From: Somniosus microcephalus
Lineage: Eukaryota
Assembly (NCBI GenBank): GCA_052327205.1
Contig: CM126222.1
Coordinates: 66,650,001 to 66,714,000 of the forward strand
Length of the DNA: 64,000 bases
Direction: 5' to 3'
How positions within the stretch are numbered: position 1 is the stretch's first letter; the number at the start of each line of letters is the position of its first letter. The notes under the pieces are model-generated. The model was not told the origin of the DNA. It did not search any database and was given only the letters and a program-made list of their open reading frames with translations. Below are positions 26,979 through 38,655 of this stretch, in pieces. The position numbers and the translations under genes were made by a program.

Positions 26979-27803
26979 GGGCTGGGTTTTCATTCAGAAG
27001 TCGGGAAGGAGGCGGGACTACAACTTTCGGGTTGTAGTCCCGCCTCCATCGAGATGCAGCCAATCCACACGATTTTCACTTGATTGACCTTGTTGAGCCC
27101 GCCCAGCGGGCTCAGCAGGCCAATTAAGGGCCACCCGGCAACAGGTGACGTCACAGACTGAAATTTCATCTGTCAAGATGTGTTGACAGATGAAATATCA
27201 GTGTTTCACAGCTGTTTGAAGCTGTCAAACACTGACAGTCTTACTTCTAACCTGTGTCCTTCTACGCAGATTCAGTTAGAAATCTCACCGGCACTGAAAG
27301 CTGAAGGTTGTCACTTTTGACAGCTCGCGTCCATTCTGCTTTCTGTGCCGGCTGAATGATGGACTCCCGAAACTTAGAGGAAGGAAGGCTGTAAAGGTAA
27401 GTACAGGTAATTTAAACTTCTTTAGACACACCAAATGCACTTACCTTTGCACTCATGCACCCATCACTCACCAGAACACCGACATCGCGACCCCTCCAAG
27501 TCCTTCAACCCGACGGCCCGACGACTCTAACTTGGCGTGGTTTGGAGCTGTCGAGAATTCCACATGACAACCTTCAAAATAGGGATTAGGCTAAAAACTG
27601 CCTGTTAACAGGCAGTTAATTGGCACTAAGCCCTTCCCGCCTCTGGTCGGCGGGTCCCAGTGCGGGGCGGGTACCCGCCTCTTTTGAAACTTACATGGAG
27701 GCGGGTTTTGGGCGGGATGGTGTCGGGACCCCCGAATTCGGGATTTTAGTCCCCTGCTCGCACGCCTAAAAGCCCGCCTCACGGCACACTGAAAATCAAC
27801 CCC
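26979..27803 (+). mobile_element. Harbinger-like MITE, family D relative
   Basis: TSD TTT/TTT; TIR GGGCTGGGTTTTCA / TGAAAATCAACCCC; shares ttgattgaccttgtt...caggccaattaaggg and gaagctgtcaaacactgaca blocks with family D. Confidence 0.8.
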
Positions 27804-30030
27804 TTTGTGTGCCTGATGCCATGGAGACATAACCATACTAAACACTTCAGCCGAATGTGCTGTTGCTATGACGTGTTGCTGAGAATCCTTGTGGCTCTGC
27901 GATGTGTTATCGCACCACTTGCAGGCCCACATTAGCTGAGCACAAATGAGCTTATTACAATTTATAGTCTGAAAGCATTTGGGCTTGAGTGCTTTGTACT
28001 CAGGAACGCTGTGTGCTGATGCTCCAGTGTTCTTAGAATCACAAGGCACTGGTTCTTCCTCTGTAGAACAATAACTTGCCTCAACATGCCTCATTTTTAT
28101 GTGTGCTTAAATTGGGCCCCTCCTCAGTCTTCGCCTCATCCGGTGACTGCAGTCTATTTTAAATTAGCTGGTTAGACATTTTTTTACTGGAACTCCAAAC
28201 TAATCTTGAGTGGCAAAAAGCAGAAACTATGAGGTACAAGAAAAATCCAATGACTGTGTACTGTATTAAATTTAAAGTGTTGTCTAGTATAATATTTAAC
28301 TTGCTGCTTTTTGTAGGCCTTTAAAGCAATGTACATGCCAGAAAATGTTGTTTTGTGACAGCTGTTGTCTTTTTAAAAAAATGTTTAAACTGCTTTCCAT
28401 TCACCTTTCGTTTATTGGGTGTTGAAGATATCTTAGAAAACCAATTAGTAGGTACAGCTGTCAATATCCACAAACTCATCAGGTTTTGTGGGGTTTACAG
28501 TGATGGGGAAAACAAAGAATACGACTAGTATCACCGATTGGCATTGTAACACTGACATTTTGTGACTAATGTCCAATGGACACATGCAAGCGATCCATTT
28601 CCAGACTCTGGCCACCGCTGCAGTTGTACCAAAGTGATGTTAATTCATAATAAAATTGATGTGATGACACTGGTGGTTATTCTACCATATAGAATACCAC
28701 TGGCGGTTATTCTACCATATAGAATACCACCATAATACAAGTGTTGCATGTTGGGGATATTCTGTCCCCAGTTTTGCACTAAAATGGCTGATACTCTCAG
28801 TCCAGTCTTTTTCAATTCTCCAAAACTATACCCTTAAACTAACCAAAGTGCATTTTAAAACTTTCTAATAACTTTTTAAGTGACTAATACGAAGGGTAGT
28901 TTCCCCCCCACACATGCTCTTTGTCTAGTAAGACCGCCAACCACATTGTGAGTCATACACTGCTTCCAATTGCACAGTGTATCAGCAGTGCTTTTGGAGA
29001 GCTGTCATAACATTTGAAATCTGTTAAATGCTCTATGTAGGTGTGCTGTTTCTAAGGATAATAGAAGTGAATGTTCCAAGAGTAGGAATTGGGCTTACAG
29101 AGCAAGACTTTCTCTAGGATTCCCTTGTAATGGAGGGTTTTAGTCTGTCAAATCTTGACAGTATGAACAAAATCACTTTTTGTTGTATGTGTTATTATTG
29201 TTCCTTTACAAATACAGTATAAATGGATTTTGAAGGAACTAATGTGACAAATCAAATAGGATGTGAATGAGACCATGAAATGACTGAAAGACGTTCCTGA
29301 GATTAAAATTGCCAGTAACTTAGGTTTATTTTCCAGTATATATTCAATTTTCATATGCTTCAAGCTTACTACTGGTTCAAATTGTAAAATCTTGCTTTTG
29401 TACAAGGATTCCATTTGCACCTTTTTGTATAGTTTTATCTGCTTGCACTGCCATATTTAATGAGCTGTGTATCTTCATACCAAAGTCCCTTTACTCCTCT
29501 GGTCCATTTAAAATCTTACTAGTTAAGATGCATTTCCTTTCCCTGTTCTTGCTTCCAAAATGAATTATTTTATATTTCGGTACCTTTTAGACCCATTGCA
29601 TCTTCCACCTGTCCATCCTTCCTGCTAACCTATATGTGCCCTTCCGGAGACTTTCACAGTCCTTGTCACAATTTGTAACCCTTTCCCCGCCACCGCCGCC
29701 CCCCCCCCCCCCCCCCCAAAATTTGGCATCATCAGCAAATTTTGATCTTGTTCCCTCAGTTCCCAGTCCAAAATATTTCTCTACAATGCTTTTATTTATT
29801 ATGCATAATGACCACTATGAAACATGACTCACTACATCTGTCCAGTCTGAGAAGCTTCCCTGCTTTCTGATCTCAAACCGTCTCTCTGACTACATTGCCC
29901 TTTCATTGTATGTGCCATTATCTTTGCAATGAGTCACTTGGAAAGAAAGAACTTGCATTTATATAGTACCTTTCACAACCTCGGCATGTCCCAAAGTGCT
30001 TTACAGCCAATGAAGTACTTTTGAAATGTA

Positions 30031-30784
30031 GGGGGCGATTTTGCCAGCCCTATGGAGGCGGGACTGCCGGGAAAATGGCAGCATTTGGGGGCAGGTGTCC
30101 AACCCGCCTCCATGCCATCTTCCCAGGAGGCGGGTAGCCATCCCATGCTGGGTCCTGTCTCCTTGGAGGCGGGAAGGGATTAAAGCCTATTAACTGACTG
30201 TTAACGGCTAGAAAATAGGATTAACCCCTTTTTGCCCTCAAGTGCGGGCTTCCCGAAGGCTCCAAAGCACACCAGCTCAGCGAGGCGAGTACGGGGTCTG
30301 CGGGGGTTGGGGTGGTGCAAAAGTGTGGTGTGAAGGTAAGTGATGGGTGCAAGAGTGTAGAGGCGAGTGGCTGAGGTAAGTGCAAAATGTTTTTAAAAGT
30401 GTACTTACCTTTGTTTCTTCCTGCAGGCTTCAGTCGGTTTGTATGCGGAGAGTCTCAGACCTCTGTTGCAGATGAGGGATGGCTGTTGCATTCTCATAAG
30501 CAACAAGCATCTCATTTCTGCAAGATCTCATCAAACTGCAGAGAATGTCACTGTTTGACAGCTTCACAGAGCTGTCAAACGATGACAATTCATCTGTCAA
30601 AAATCTTTGACAGATGAAACGTCATGTGTTGATGTGCTCTGCAACCGGCTTTCCCTTGATTGGCCTGCTAAGCCCACTGGGCGGGCTTAACAAGGTCAAT
30701 CAAGGGAAAATAGCATGGGTTGGCCACAAATCGATAGAGGCGGGACATCGACCCGACAAGCAGCAGTCCCCATTCACAAAATCG
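30031..30784 (-). mobile_element. Harbinger-like MITE, family D copy 2, nested in a Deu-SINE
   Basis: Starts GGGGGCGATTTTG, ends CAAAATCG (terminal Cs lost); interrupts minus-strand SINE ...ttttgaaatgta|gtcactg..., itself within a CR1-like fragment (about 29440-30920). Confidence 0.8.
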
Positions 30785-31182
30785 TCACTGTAGGAATGTC
30801 ATTGTATTTATATTATACTGTTGTAATGTCTTATACAGTGCTTTATTAAAAGCTTTCTGAAGATCCATCTGTACCACACCCATTGCACATCTATCCTCTG
30901 TTATTTCTTCAAAGAATTCTTATAAGCTACATAACATTTTCCCACTGATGGGGCAGGTTACCTACCTCCCTGCTGGCACAGCTAAAGTTGGGAGATCACT
31001 AATGTGGAAATCATGGGTGTGAACCCATGTCATAACACTGCATGCTGGAGCACCAGTCCAACATCACTAGCCTACCATTTAATGAAGCTTCAAGAGTATT
31101 TAATCCAAGTGGGTTCATGTACAGTGTGAGTATTTTTGTGACCAATGGTTGCATTTGCAACGATGCTGTGAATGGATTTTAT

Positions 31183-31915
31183 GGCCCAGAAATTCGGGTC
31201 GGAGGCTTCCCGCGGGTGTAAGCCTCCGACCTGCACTTACCTAGCGCGCCGGCCGTTGTGCTGTGGGCCCGCGTGGGATTCTGATCCTGGGCCGCCTCCA
31301 ACTGCCGGCGCGCAGTGCTTGCATATCCCAGGGGCGCAGTTAATTCGAAGCGTCCCCTGAGATCACGTGGGCTATGGAGAGCCAATGGTAGCAGGGAATG
31401 CTTCATTCATAAACCTATAAATACTATAAGCCCCAAAACATAACTAAAACTTCAAATAAATTTTTTTTTAAATCACATTTTTAAAATAACTATAAATTAC
31501 ATGAAATAACTCTGTTAAACAATAATTTAAAATTTTGAAAAAATTAATTACATTTTCTAACGGGGCTAAAAATAAACTTACCCCTCTTTAAAGTATTTAA
31601 AAATAATAAACCTGTGGAAAAAATGTTTCAATTTTAATTAATTCACCACTTATACCTTGTCAAAAGCAGGCCTTGCGCCTGCTTTTTAAAAGTGTAACTG
31701 CTGGAGACTTACCCTCCCGGAGAAACTGGCAAAAAAAAACGTAAGTTCAATGCGCACACGCTGCCTCTCCAGCGCACGCATTCCACCTGTCAGCCCCTTC
31801 TTTCAAGGGAATGGAAGTTCCGGTTTCCCGCGCATGCACGAAACCGGCACTTTCGTTGGGCCTACGCGTGAGTACCCAGCAGATACTCATGCGTGGGGAC
31901 CCGAATTTCTGGGCC
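31183..31915 (+). mobile_element. Harbinger-like MITE, family A copy 2
   Basis: Perfect 18-bp TIR GGCCCAGAAATTCGGGTC; flanks TAT/TGT; reverse complement of 4617-5382. Confidence 0.85.
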
Positions 31916-32014
31916 TGTGTGTTTTTATTTATATTCTTGCTAATGATGGGGTGTGCAAAATCAAAAGGATGGTATTTATTTTGAGTTCAGTGCAAAGCAC
32001 AGAACAAGGTCATT

Positions 32015-33612
32015 GGCCACGATTTCCCCAACCTGGGCGGGAGAGGTCGGTGGCGGGTCGTGGCCTCTCTGCTGGCTCCATCACAAATTCCGACATGACT
32101 TTCCCCTGATTGGGCTTGTTAAGCCCGCCCAGCGCGTTTCCTGGCCAATTGAAGGGAGCAGGTCTGATGACGCCATTTGAGGACGTGTCATCAGCTGGCT
32201 TCCTTAAAGGGACCATGTGCAAATTTACTTTGACATTTGTGCTGCAAACACTGACGAGCATTACACAGAGGTGCAGTGCAGGCTCTCCCACAACTCCCTC
32301 CATATGCTTATGGAGGGAGCCACAGCACGCAGGGAGGTTCTCTTCCCTTCCATTGAGCCTGGTTGCACATTGCACAGGAGGGCACAAACAGGGATGTCGC
32401 CAGGAGGACCAGGCTGCAGTGGCGCAAACCTTTCATTGATCTCAGTTTATCACGAAACGTTACTGCAAAGCCACACTTAACTTCATCCTGCTGTGCCACT
32501 TATCACATCCCTATCACGCTGCCTTCCCTACCCTACTTCTGCACATCCTTACACCAATTTACCTTGCACCTCCACCCATCCCTCTCTATCTACATTAAGC
32601 ACTTGTGTGTTTTAGACAGTGTTCATGTGAAGTTTATGTTAATGTGCTGTCAAACATTGAAATCTTTATTTTCAACACTTTCCATTCTTGAACAGATTTG
32701 TGTGCACCTTTGAAAGTGGCTTAGTGAGTTGCAGTGAACGGTGACACATAACAGTACCCCCCTGCAAAGCTGATGACTGTGAAAGGAATAGCTTGGGCAT
32801 TGTGATGTTGGTGTGGGGTGGTGCCAACCTGGCATCATGCGGCAGCCAGGGTGTACAGCGTCAAGTGAAGTAAATGTGGTCATAGTGAAGCCACCCCTGG
32901 CCTCCCAGACAGCAATGTGTTTGGGTGCTGATGCCCTCTGTCCTGTGCAGCATCAGGTGATTGCGGAGAAGGTTGGTATGGTTGTTGGTGCTGCTGGTGT
33001 GCCTGGTGACGCTGGTGTTGCGGCTGATTGTGGTCAGATTCTGAGGACCAAGGTGAGAGAGTATAAACTGTATCCATGCTGATGGAATAGATGGCAGGTG
33101 ACCTTGAGATGACAGAAGTGATCCGTCAGTGGTGAGAGAGGTGTTCCAATGAGGTGACACTGGATAGAGAGTTTACTCCAAACCTGCATAAAGCTCAATC
33201 TGCCTTCCAAATGCAGTAAGCAACGGCTTCTGAGCTTGGAAAGTGAACAGCGGTGAGATGGGAGCTTTTATAGCACATTTCAAGCTGCCAAGTAATAAGA
33301 TGATTCCATGGCCATTCAACTCGCGCCCAGCTTAACAGTCGTGATCACCTAGCAGCATGGACTCCGTGGGCGAGCTGGTAAATTCAAAAGGTGAGCTCAA
33401 AATTGTTGTTAATCTTTTAACAAGGTCATAATGACCTGAATTGCCTCTCCTGCCACTGCATGTCTGGTCTGCTCAGTGCTGACCGACCTGACTTTTGGTA
33501 AAGGCACGTGGCAGAGGGTTGACCGTGGAGTCCCGATCTGCGGTCAAAAAAAACCACTTTCCCACCTGACCTGCCACTGATCCTGCCCACTGACCCCCGG
33601 GAAATTCCCCCC
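32015..33612. mobile_element. 1.6-kb Harbinger deletion derivative with Myb/SANT-gene remnant
   Basis: TSD ATT/ATT; TIR GGCCACGATTTCCC / GGGAAATTCCCCCC; broken + strand peptide SLHMLMEGATARREVLFP ... AWLHIAQE...RRTRLQWRKPFIDL. Confidence 0.8.
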
Positions 33613-34348
33613 ATTGTTTTTCCAGCTACCTTGTAAACGCCACAGTAGTGGGTATTTCTCACTTACCTGTCCAAATGGATGGCCGCTTTTTTGTAAAACG
33701 TTTTGCTTCTTTCATCTTAATTTTCATTAAAAGTATATTACTTTGCACTGCAGATTTTTGTTGCATTGTAATAAGGTTTCTATACTAAATTAATCAAATG
33801 TGCTATTTCTGAGTTGCTCAGCTGCATTGTGGACTGGTTTGCGTGCTTTCCAGAATTACCGCTTTGTATCAGAAGATGACCGTTTCACCTGGGAGTTGAA
33901 GCTGTTTAGCAGATTGTTGTGATACCACTCCAAATTTGACAGCTGCTTTTTAGGAACCGGCGTTTGAACAGTCATCAGTCAGAAACGAGAGTGCAGTTGT
34001 GGCCTGTGGTTTCTGTGCCAGTGATAGAGCAGCATAAAAATGCATTGTAGTTGTCCAATCTGATTAATGTTACTTTCAACACACATCTTGTAATATTGTT
34101 GAAACTGAGAAATAGGGACGATTAGTGCTAGGCAGTGCCAAATATACCAACTGCTGCAAATGAATGTCGATGTTTGGGTATGGGGTGAGGGAATTGGATG
34201 TTCTCTGAATTTACGTCACCTTTGACTTGGATCAGTGCCCCCTGTGCTGTTGTCCTGTACAGATCTCTGCTGTAATTGCATATGCACAATCTGAACAAGC
34301 ATTAATTTGTACTTCTGCAATAACTTTATCACTGCATAATATTGCACC

Positions 34349-34907
34349 TGTAGCGGTACCACTGGGTGTCCCTTACTTACCTGTACATAATTCCCTTTTA
34401 ACTTACCTATGTTTACCTGTATGGGGCGTTGCCCCTTTAAGGACGCAAGCCGGCCCAGCTCGGCCTTCCACTCCCGCGACGGCCGCCGGCCCGGTTCGGC
34501 CTTCCACTCCCGCGACGGCCGCCGGCCCGGTTCGGCCTCCCGTTCCCGATTTTGGCCGCAACGGCCAGCTGCCGTGTCGGGTAAATGCGCTGACGTCATC
34601 ACATGACCGCCCTAAGCGCGGGCAAACGCGATGACGTCATGACGCAAGTCACGTGACGCCCCAAGCGCGGGAAACGCGAGCAACGCGATGACATCACGAC
34701 GCAAACGCGATGACGTCATCGCACAAACCTCCGGACTGCCTAGTCAGTCCTCGTGGCGTCCCCACTGGGGTAAGACCTGTTCCAAGACTCTCCTGCATCG
34801 GTCTATGTTGTTTTCTGTACTTCGTCAAATCCTTCATTAAAAACTTATTGGATTGTTTCTCCTGAGTCGACCTCAGTGATTTGGTTAGGAATACACCTAT
34901 TCCTACA
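34349..34907 (+). mobile_element. Solo LTR (559 bp)
   Basis: TGTAG...CTACA termini; 4-bp TSD CACC/CACC; internal ATTAAA near 34836; partial inverted homolog at about 49025-49303. Confidence 0.85.
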
Positions 34908-34944
34908 CACCTCCCTTTCATATTTCTTTTTTATTGGAACAAAT

Positions 34945-35225
34945 CCCTCCCCCCTCCCTCCTCTCCAATTTCCATTCTTTCTCCTCTGAAGATGCTGAGT
35001 CTTGCTGATGTACAGTTCCATGAGTGGTCAGAGCCTTGCCATATCTAAGTAGTCATTCTTTATGTGCGAGACTTGACGGCGAGCGTCGACAGGTTTTCAG
35101 TTTGTGTTGGGCGGTACAGCCAAGCCTGATTCTGTCCACGCACGCACATGCTGATGGTTTATTTTAATTTCCCTTCCTAGTCTAGAGGCATTGTGCCCCG
35201 ACTGCTGCTCCAGCTCAGCACAGAT
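34945..35225 (-). mobile_element. LF-SINE-like copy
   Basis: Reverse-complement similarity to 2300-2725 (ctcctctgaagatgctgagtcttgctg...cattctttatgtgcgag...cagccaagcctgattctgtcc). Confidence 0.55.
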
Positions 35226-37230
35226 TTGCATATGGTTAATTTGATAATTATTAGCTGCACCTTTTCTGATGTGTGATCAGTGCGGAATTCACACTGATGA
35301 TTTAAAACTGCATTATTTTTCTTAAAACATCCAACACTTACTGACCTAAGGAATTGGTGCTCTTAAGTGTAAACTCTAGACTGGAAGCAGTAATCTCATT
35401 CTCTATATTTTAGGGGTTCGATTGAGGATATAAAGCTTTGCAACCAACTTAGATTGAACTTAGTGCTGTAAAAAATCAACGTGTTTTTAAAAATCATTTG
35501 TCATTCAGTTTTCAGGGGAATTCTCCAGACGCTAAATGGGAATGATACTGATTGCTTTTATTGTTTCACACTGCGTTTAAGATTTTTCCAATAGCATCTA
35601 ACTGAACCTGTAATTAAAACCTGAAGAAGTACAGTGAAAGATCATATTTAGTTTTGCAGAAAATTCATTAAAGCAGCTCTTGCCGACTACACAAGTTTAA
35701 AAAAAAAAAAAAAAAAATGCTTCTCTCTTTCTCCTTCTACTCCCCGGGGTTACTGAGATGATGGGATTAGACTGTACAGGAGGAGGGAATTGGCCACCAC
35801 CTTGCCTGCCTCTGTTGCAACCAAAATGCCTTACGTACCAGGCGTCCAATGACGCATAAACATTTAGATAAGGGCCTAAAAATTACAATTAAAATACAAT
35901 ATTAAAGTATAAAGAATATTCTCCTGAGCAGAGGGGGCAGCATTACACCAGCACAGGTGATAATTGCTTATATGAAGTGAGAGCAGGGTTTGAATATGAC
36001 ATGTTAGATTTTGTGTAGACATTAAGTATGCAGTAACTGTCTCTGATGGACAGTGAGTCACAAAATGAGTGCAGCATGTTTGATACAGTCCTAGTGTCCT
36101 AAGGAACATATTATAATTTTTTAAATAACATTGCGGCATGTTGAGCAACTGATAATATAACCATTGTCAGCCTGGAGTTACTGTGGGTTTGGTTTAACTG
36201 TTCCTAGTATCCATAGGCTTCACCCTCAAGTAATGTTGTTCCCAACTATGAAAAGAATTTCTGGTATGACCTATTTCCTGTAGCTATGGCAACAGCCCAT
36301 CATCAGCACATTTGTATTGGAATACAGTAGTGAGTCATGGAAAATGACATTTCCACGCAATAATTTAAGATCAACACATAAATTTCAAGATAAAATACCA
36401 CTTACATTTTCTGTGAAGGTAAAAATGCAATGCCCTTCAGAGCAAATGTATAGGGTTGTTATGAGTGCAAATGAGCATGTATGATGAGAGTTCTGCTTGT
36501 TTTGGCACGTTTTAGTCAGGGTATTACACGATGCTGATGATTGCAGATATCTTCATTCAATACTTGTTTGCATAACCTGTTTCTGTTAACAGCTTCTCTC
36601 TCTGGTTATGCCTAGCTTTCTTGTGAATCCATCCTGGAGCATTGTGTGTGCAGGGTGCGGCTTTATCCGTCCCTTCCACTATTTAACTGTTTCAGCTCCT
36701 GATTTCCAAGTGTACCTTGATTGGGTTCAAAGCTGATGACTTGCTCAACTACTTTTTTTTTGAAACATGAGTAAGAATTTGAGGTACGTCTTTGATCATA
36801 GCAAGATTAGTCTTTGATCGCTGAAAGCAAAAGCACTTTAATTAACATCAGGAAAACACTTTGGTTTTAAATCTAAATCCACAGCTTGCTTTTGTTCATT
36901 GCCAAATCCCAAATAAACTTAATCTCTTGGAGGCCTCGACTTAGCTACATATTTCTAAGTCATAATCCTTCCCCCCACAGTACATGACCGAGGGATGTAC
37001 TATTGTGGTGACGTACTTTGATTAAAATATTGAGTTTACTTTCATCCATCAATGAAATTTCAAAGGAATTATTTTGTCTTGCCAATCCTCCTTTGGTAAA
37101 TATTAATCTTAACCAAGAATAGAGTAGTGTTGGCTTTTTCTTCACTACTCTATTTTAATACAGCACTAACTTTCATCACATTTCTATTTACTCTGTGGTC
37201 ATACTTTAAAACCTTAATAAAGGAAATAAT

Positions 37231-37903
37231 GGCCCGGATTTTGCGGTGGTCAATGACGGCGAACTGTCAGTGTTCGCCGTCATTACCCCTCCAAAACTGA
37301 CCATAACTTAAGGATTTAGTGCATGCACATCTAAACACGGAAATCGCTGCTTCGACACACGCTGCATTGTGGACCCCCCTGCCGCCCATAGTCTGGCAAT
37401 CAGCGGAACTGACGGAAATGTTAGCTTTTCCGCGCTAATATCGTTGTTAAACACCCCCATTAAATGTTAAGCCTTGTAGGAATAGGTGTAACTGGGGTTT
37501 TAGCAGCATATTGACTGCTGAACAACAGTTTTGACCCTGGATAACTAATTTTTATATTTGTGGAATGTCAAATTTCTCAATTATGATTTTAAAACATTTT
37601 TTTAAGCTTCTACCTTAACCCCATGTGTATGTCCCAATCTTTATTTCACTCTCTCTAACATTTTTAACAAGTGCAGATAATCAGTGCTTTTCATTTCCTG
37701 GTTTGCTCTCTTAGAATTCTTTAATGTGATTGGCTGCTTTAACAGCTTGATGATGTCACTGCTGAATCGTGCTAGGAATCCCCTATTGACAGTGCTGCAA
37801 TCAATTACACGTCAAGAAACCTAAATCGCAAGATTTCTGGGCAGTTTTCTTCGAGGTCCGCGACGATTGCCGTTGCATCGCCGCTGACTGCAAATTATGC
37901 GCC
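37231..37903. mobile_element. Harbinger-like MITE (further family)
   Basis: Ends GGCCCGGATTTTGCG / TGCAAATTATGCGCC; flanks AAT/TAT; subterminal perfect 13-bp hairpin aatgacggcgaac-N7-gttcgccgtcatt. Confidence 0.7.
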
Positions 37904-38551
37904 TATATCTTCAGCCTTTTTCCCCCTCTTGTAGTCATGTGGTCGCTAAAGTTAGTGGTCTGTATTGGAGAATGGAACAGTTATACTTTTGACATGTCAG
38001 TATTGGTATTGAACAGTCCCATGTTGTGTAGAGCATGGTTAGATGCACACTAACTTTCTCTTTACTCAGTCAGTACCTGCTATACTGGTGTTAATGTTTT
38101 ATTTCTCATATCATCCATCCTAGTGGATACTAAGTGAGATTTATTTTTCCTGTTACTTTCTGCTATATTTCGGTAGTTTTATAGACTGTACACATTTTCT
38201 AGTAAACTGGATTTAGACTTTTCAATTTTATTTCACTTTGAAGCCAGCAAAGAAAGAGAATTTTTTTTTCCTGCAGTAAGGGACTAGTTTTAGATTCAGC
38301 TCTCTTTTCCTTCCTTGACCTTCTGAAAGCTTTAATTGTTGCTTTTATGCAAAGTTAGTTGGCATTGCGCCAGAGAAAAGCTTTTTTTTGTGTGAGGTTC
38401 AATTCATTTTTATTCAAAACTCTTAAGATTCATATTTGGCCACAAGCCAGCCAACTGTTGGTGCCCAGCCTTTGTGCAACTTATTCCAACAGAAATTGAT
38501 AGATCCTTGGAGTAGCTGTTTTAATAAACAACTAAGCATCTAATATATTAT

Positions 38552-38655
38552 AAATAAAAACAGAAAATGCTGGAAATACTCAGCAGGTCAGGTAACATCT
38601 GTGGAGAAAGAGAAACTGAGTTAACGTTTCAGGTCAATGACCTTTCATCAAAACT
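38552..38655 (-). mobile_element. Penelope-like element terminal fragment with minimal hammerhead ribozyme remnant
   Basis: Minus strand AGTT-TTGATGA-A-AGGTC-ATT-GACCT-GAAACGTT-AACT followed by ...ctgacctgctgagtatttccagcattttctg; second degenerate copy at 45481-45590. Confidence 0.7.
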
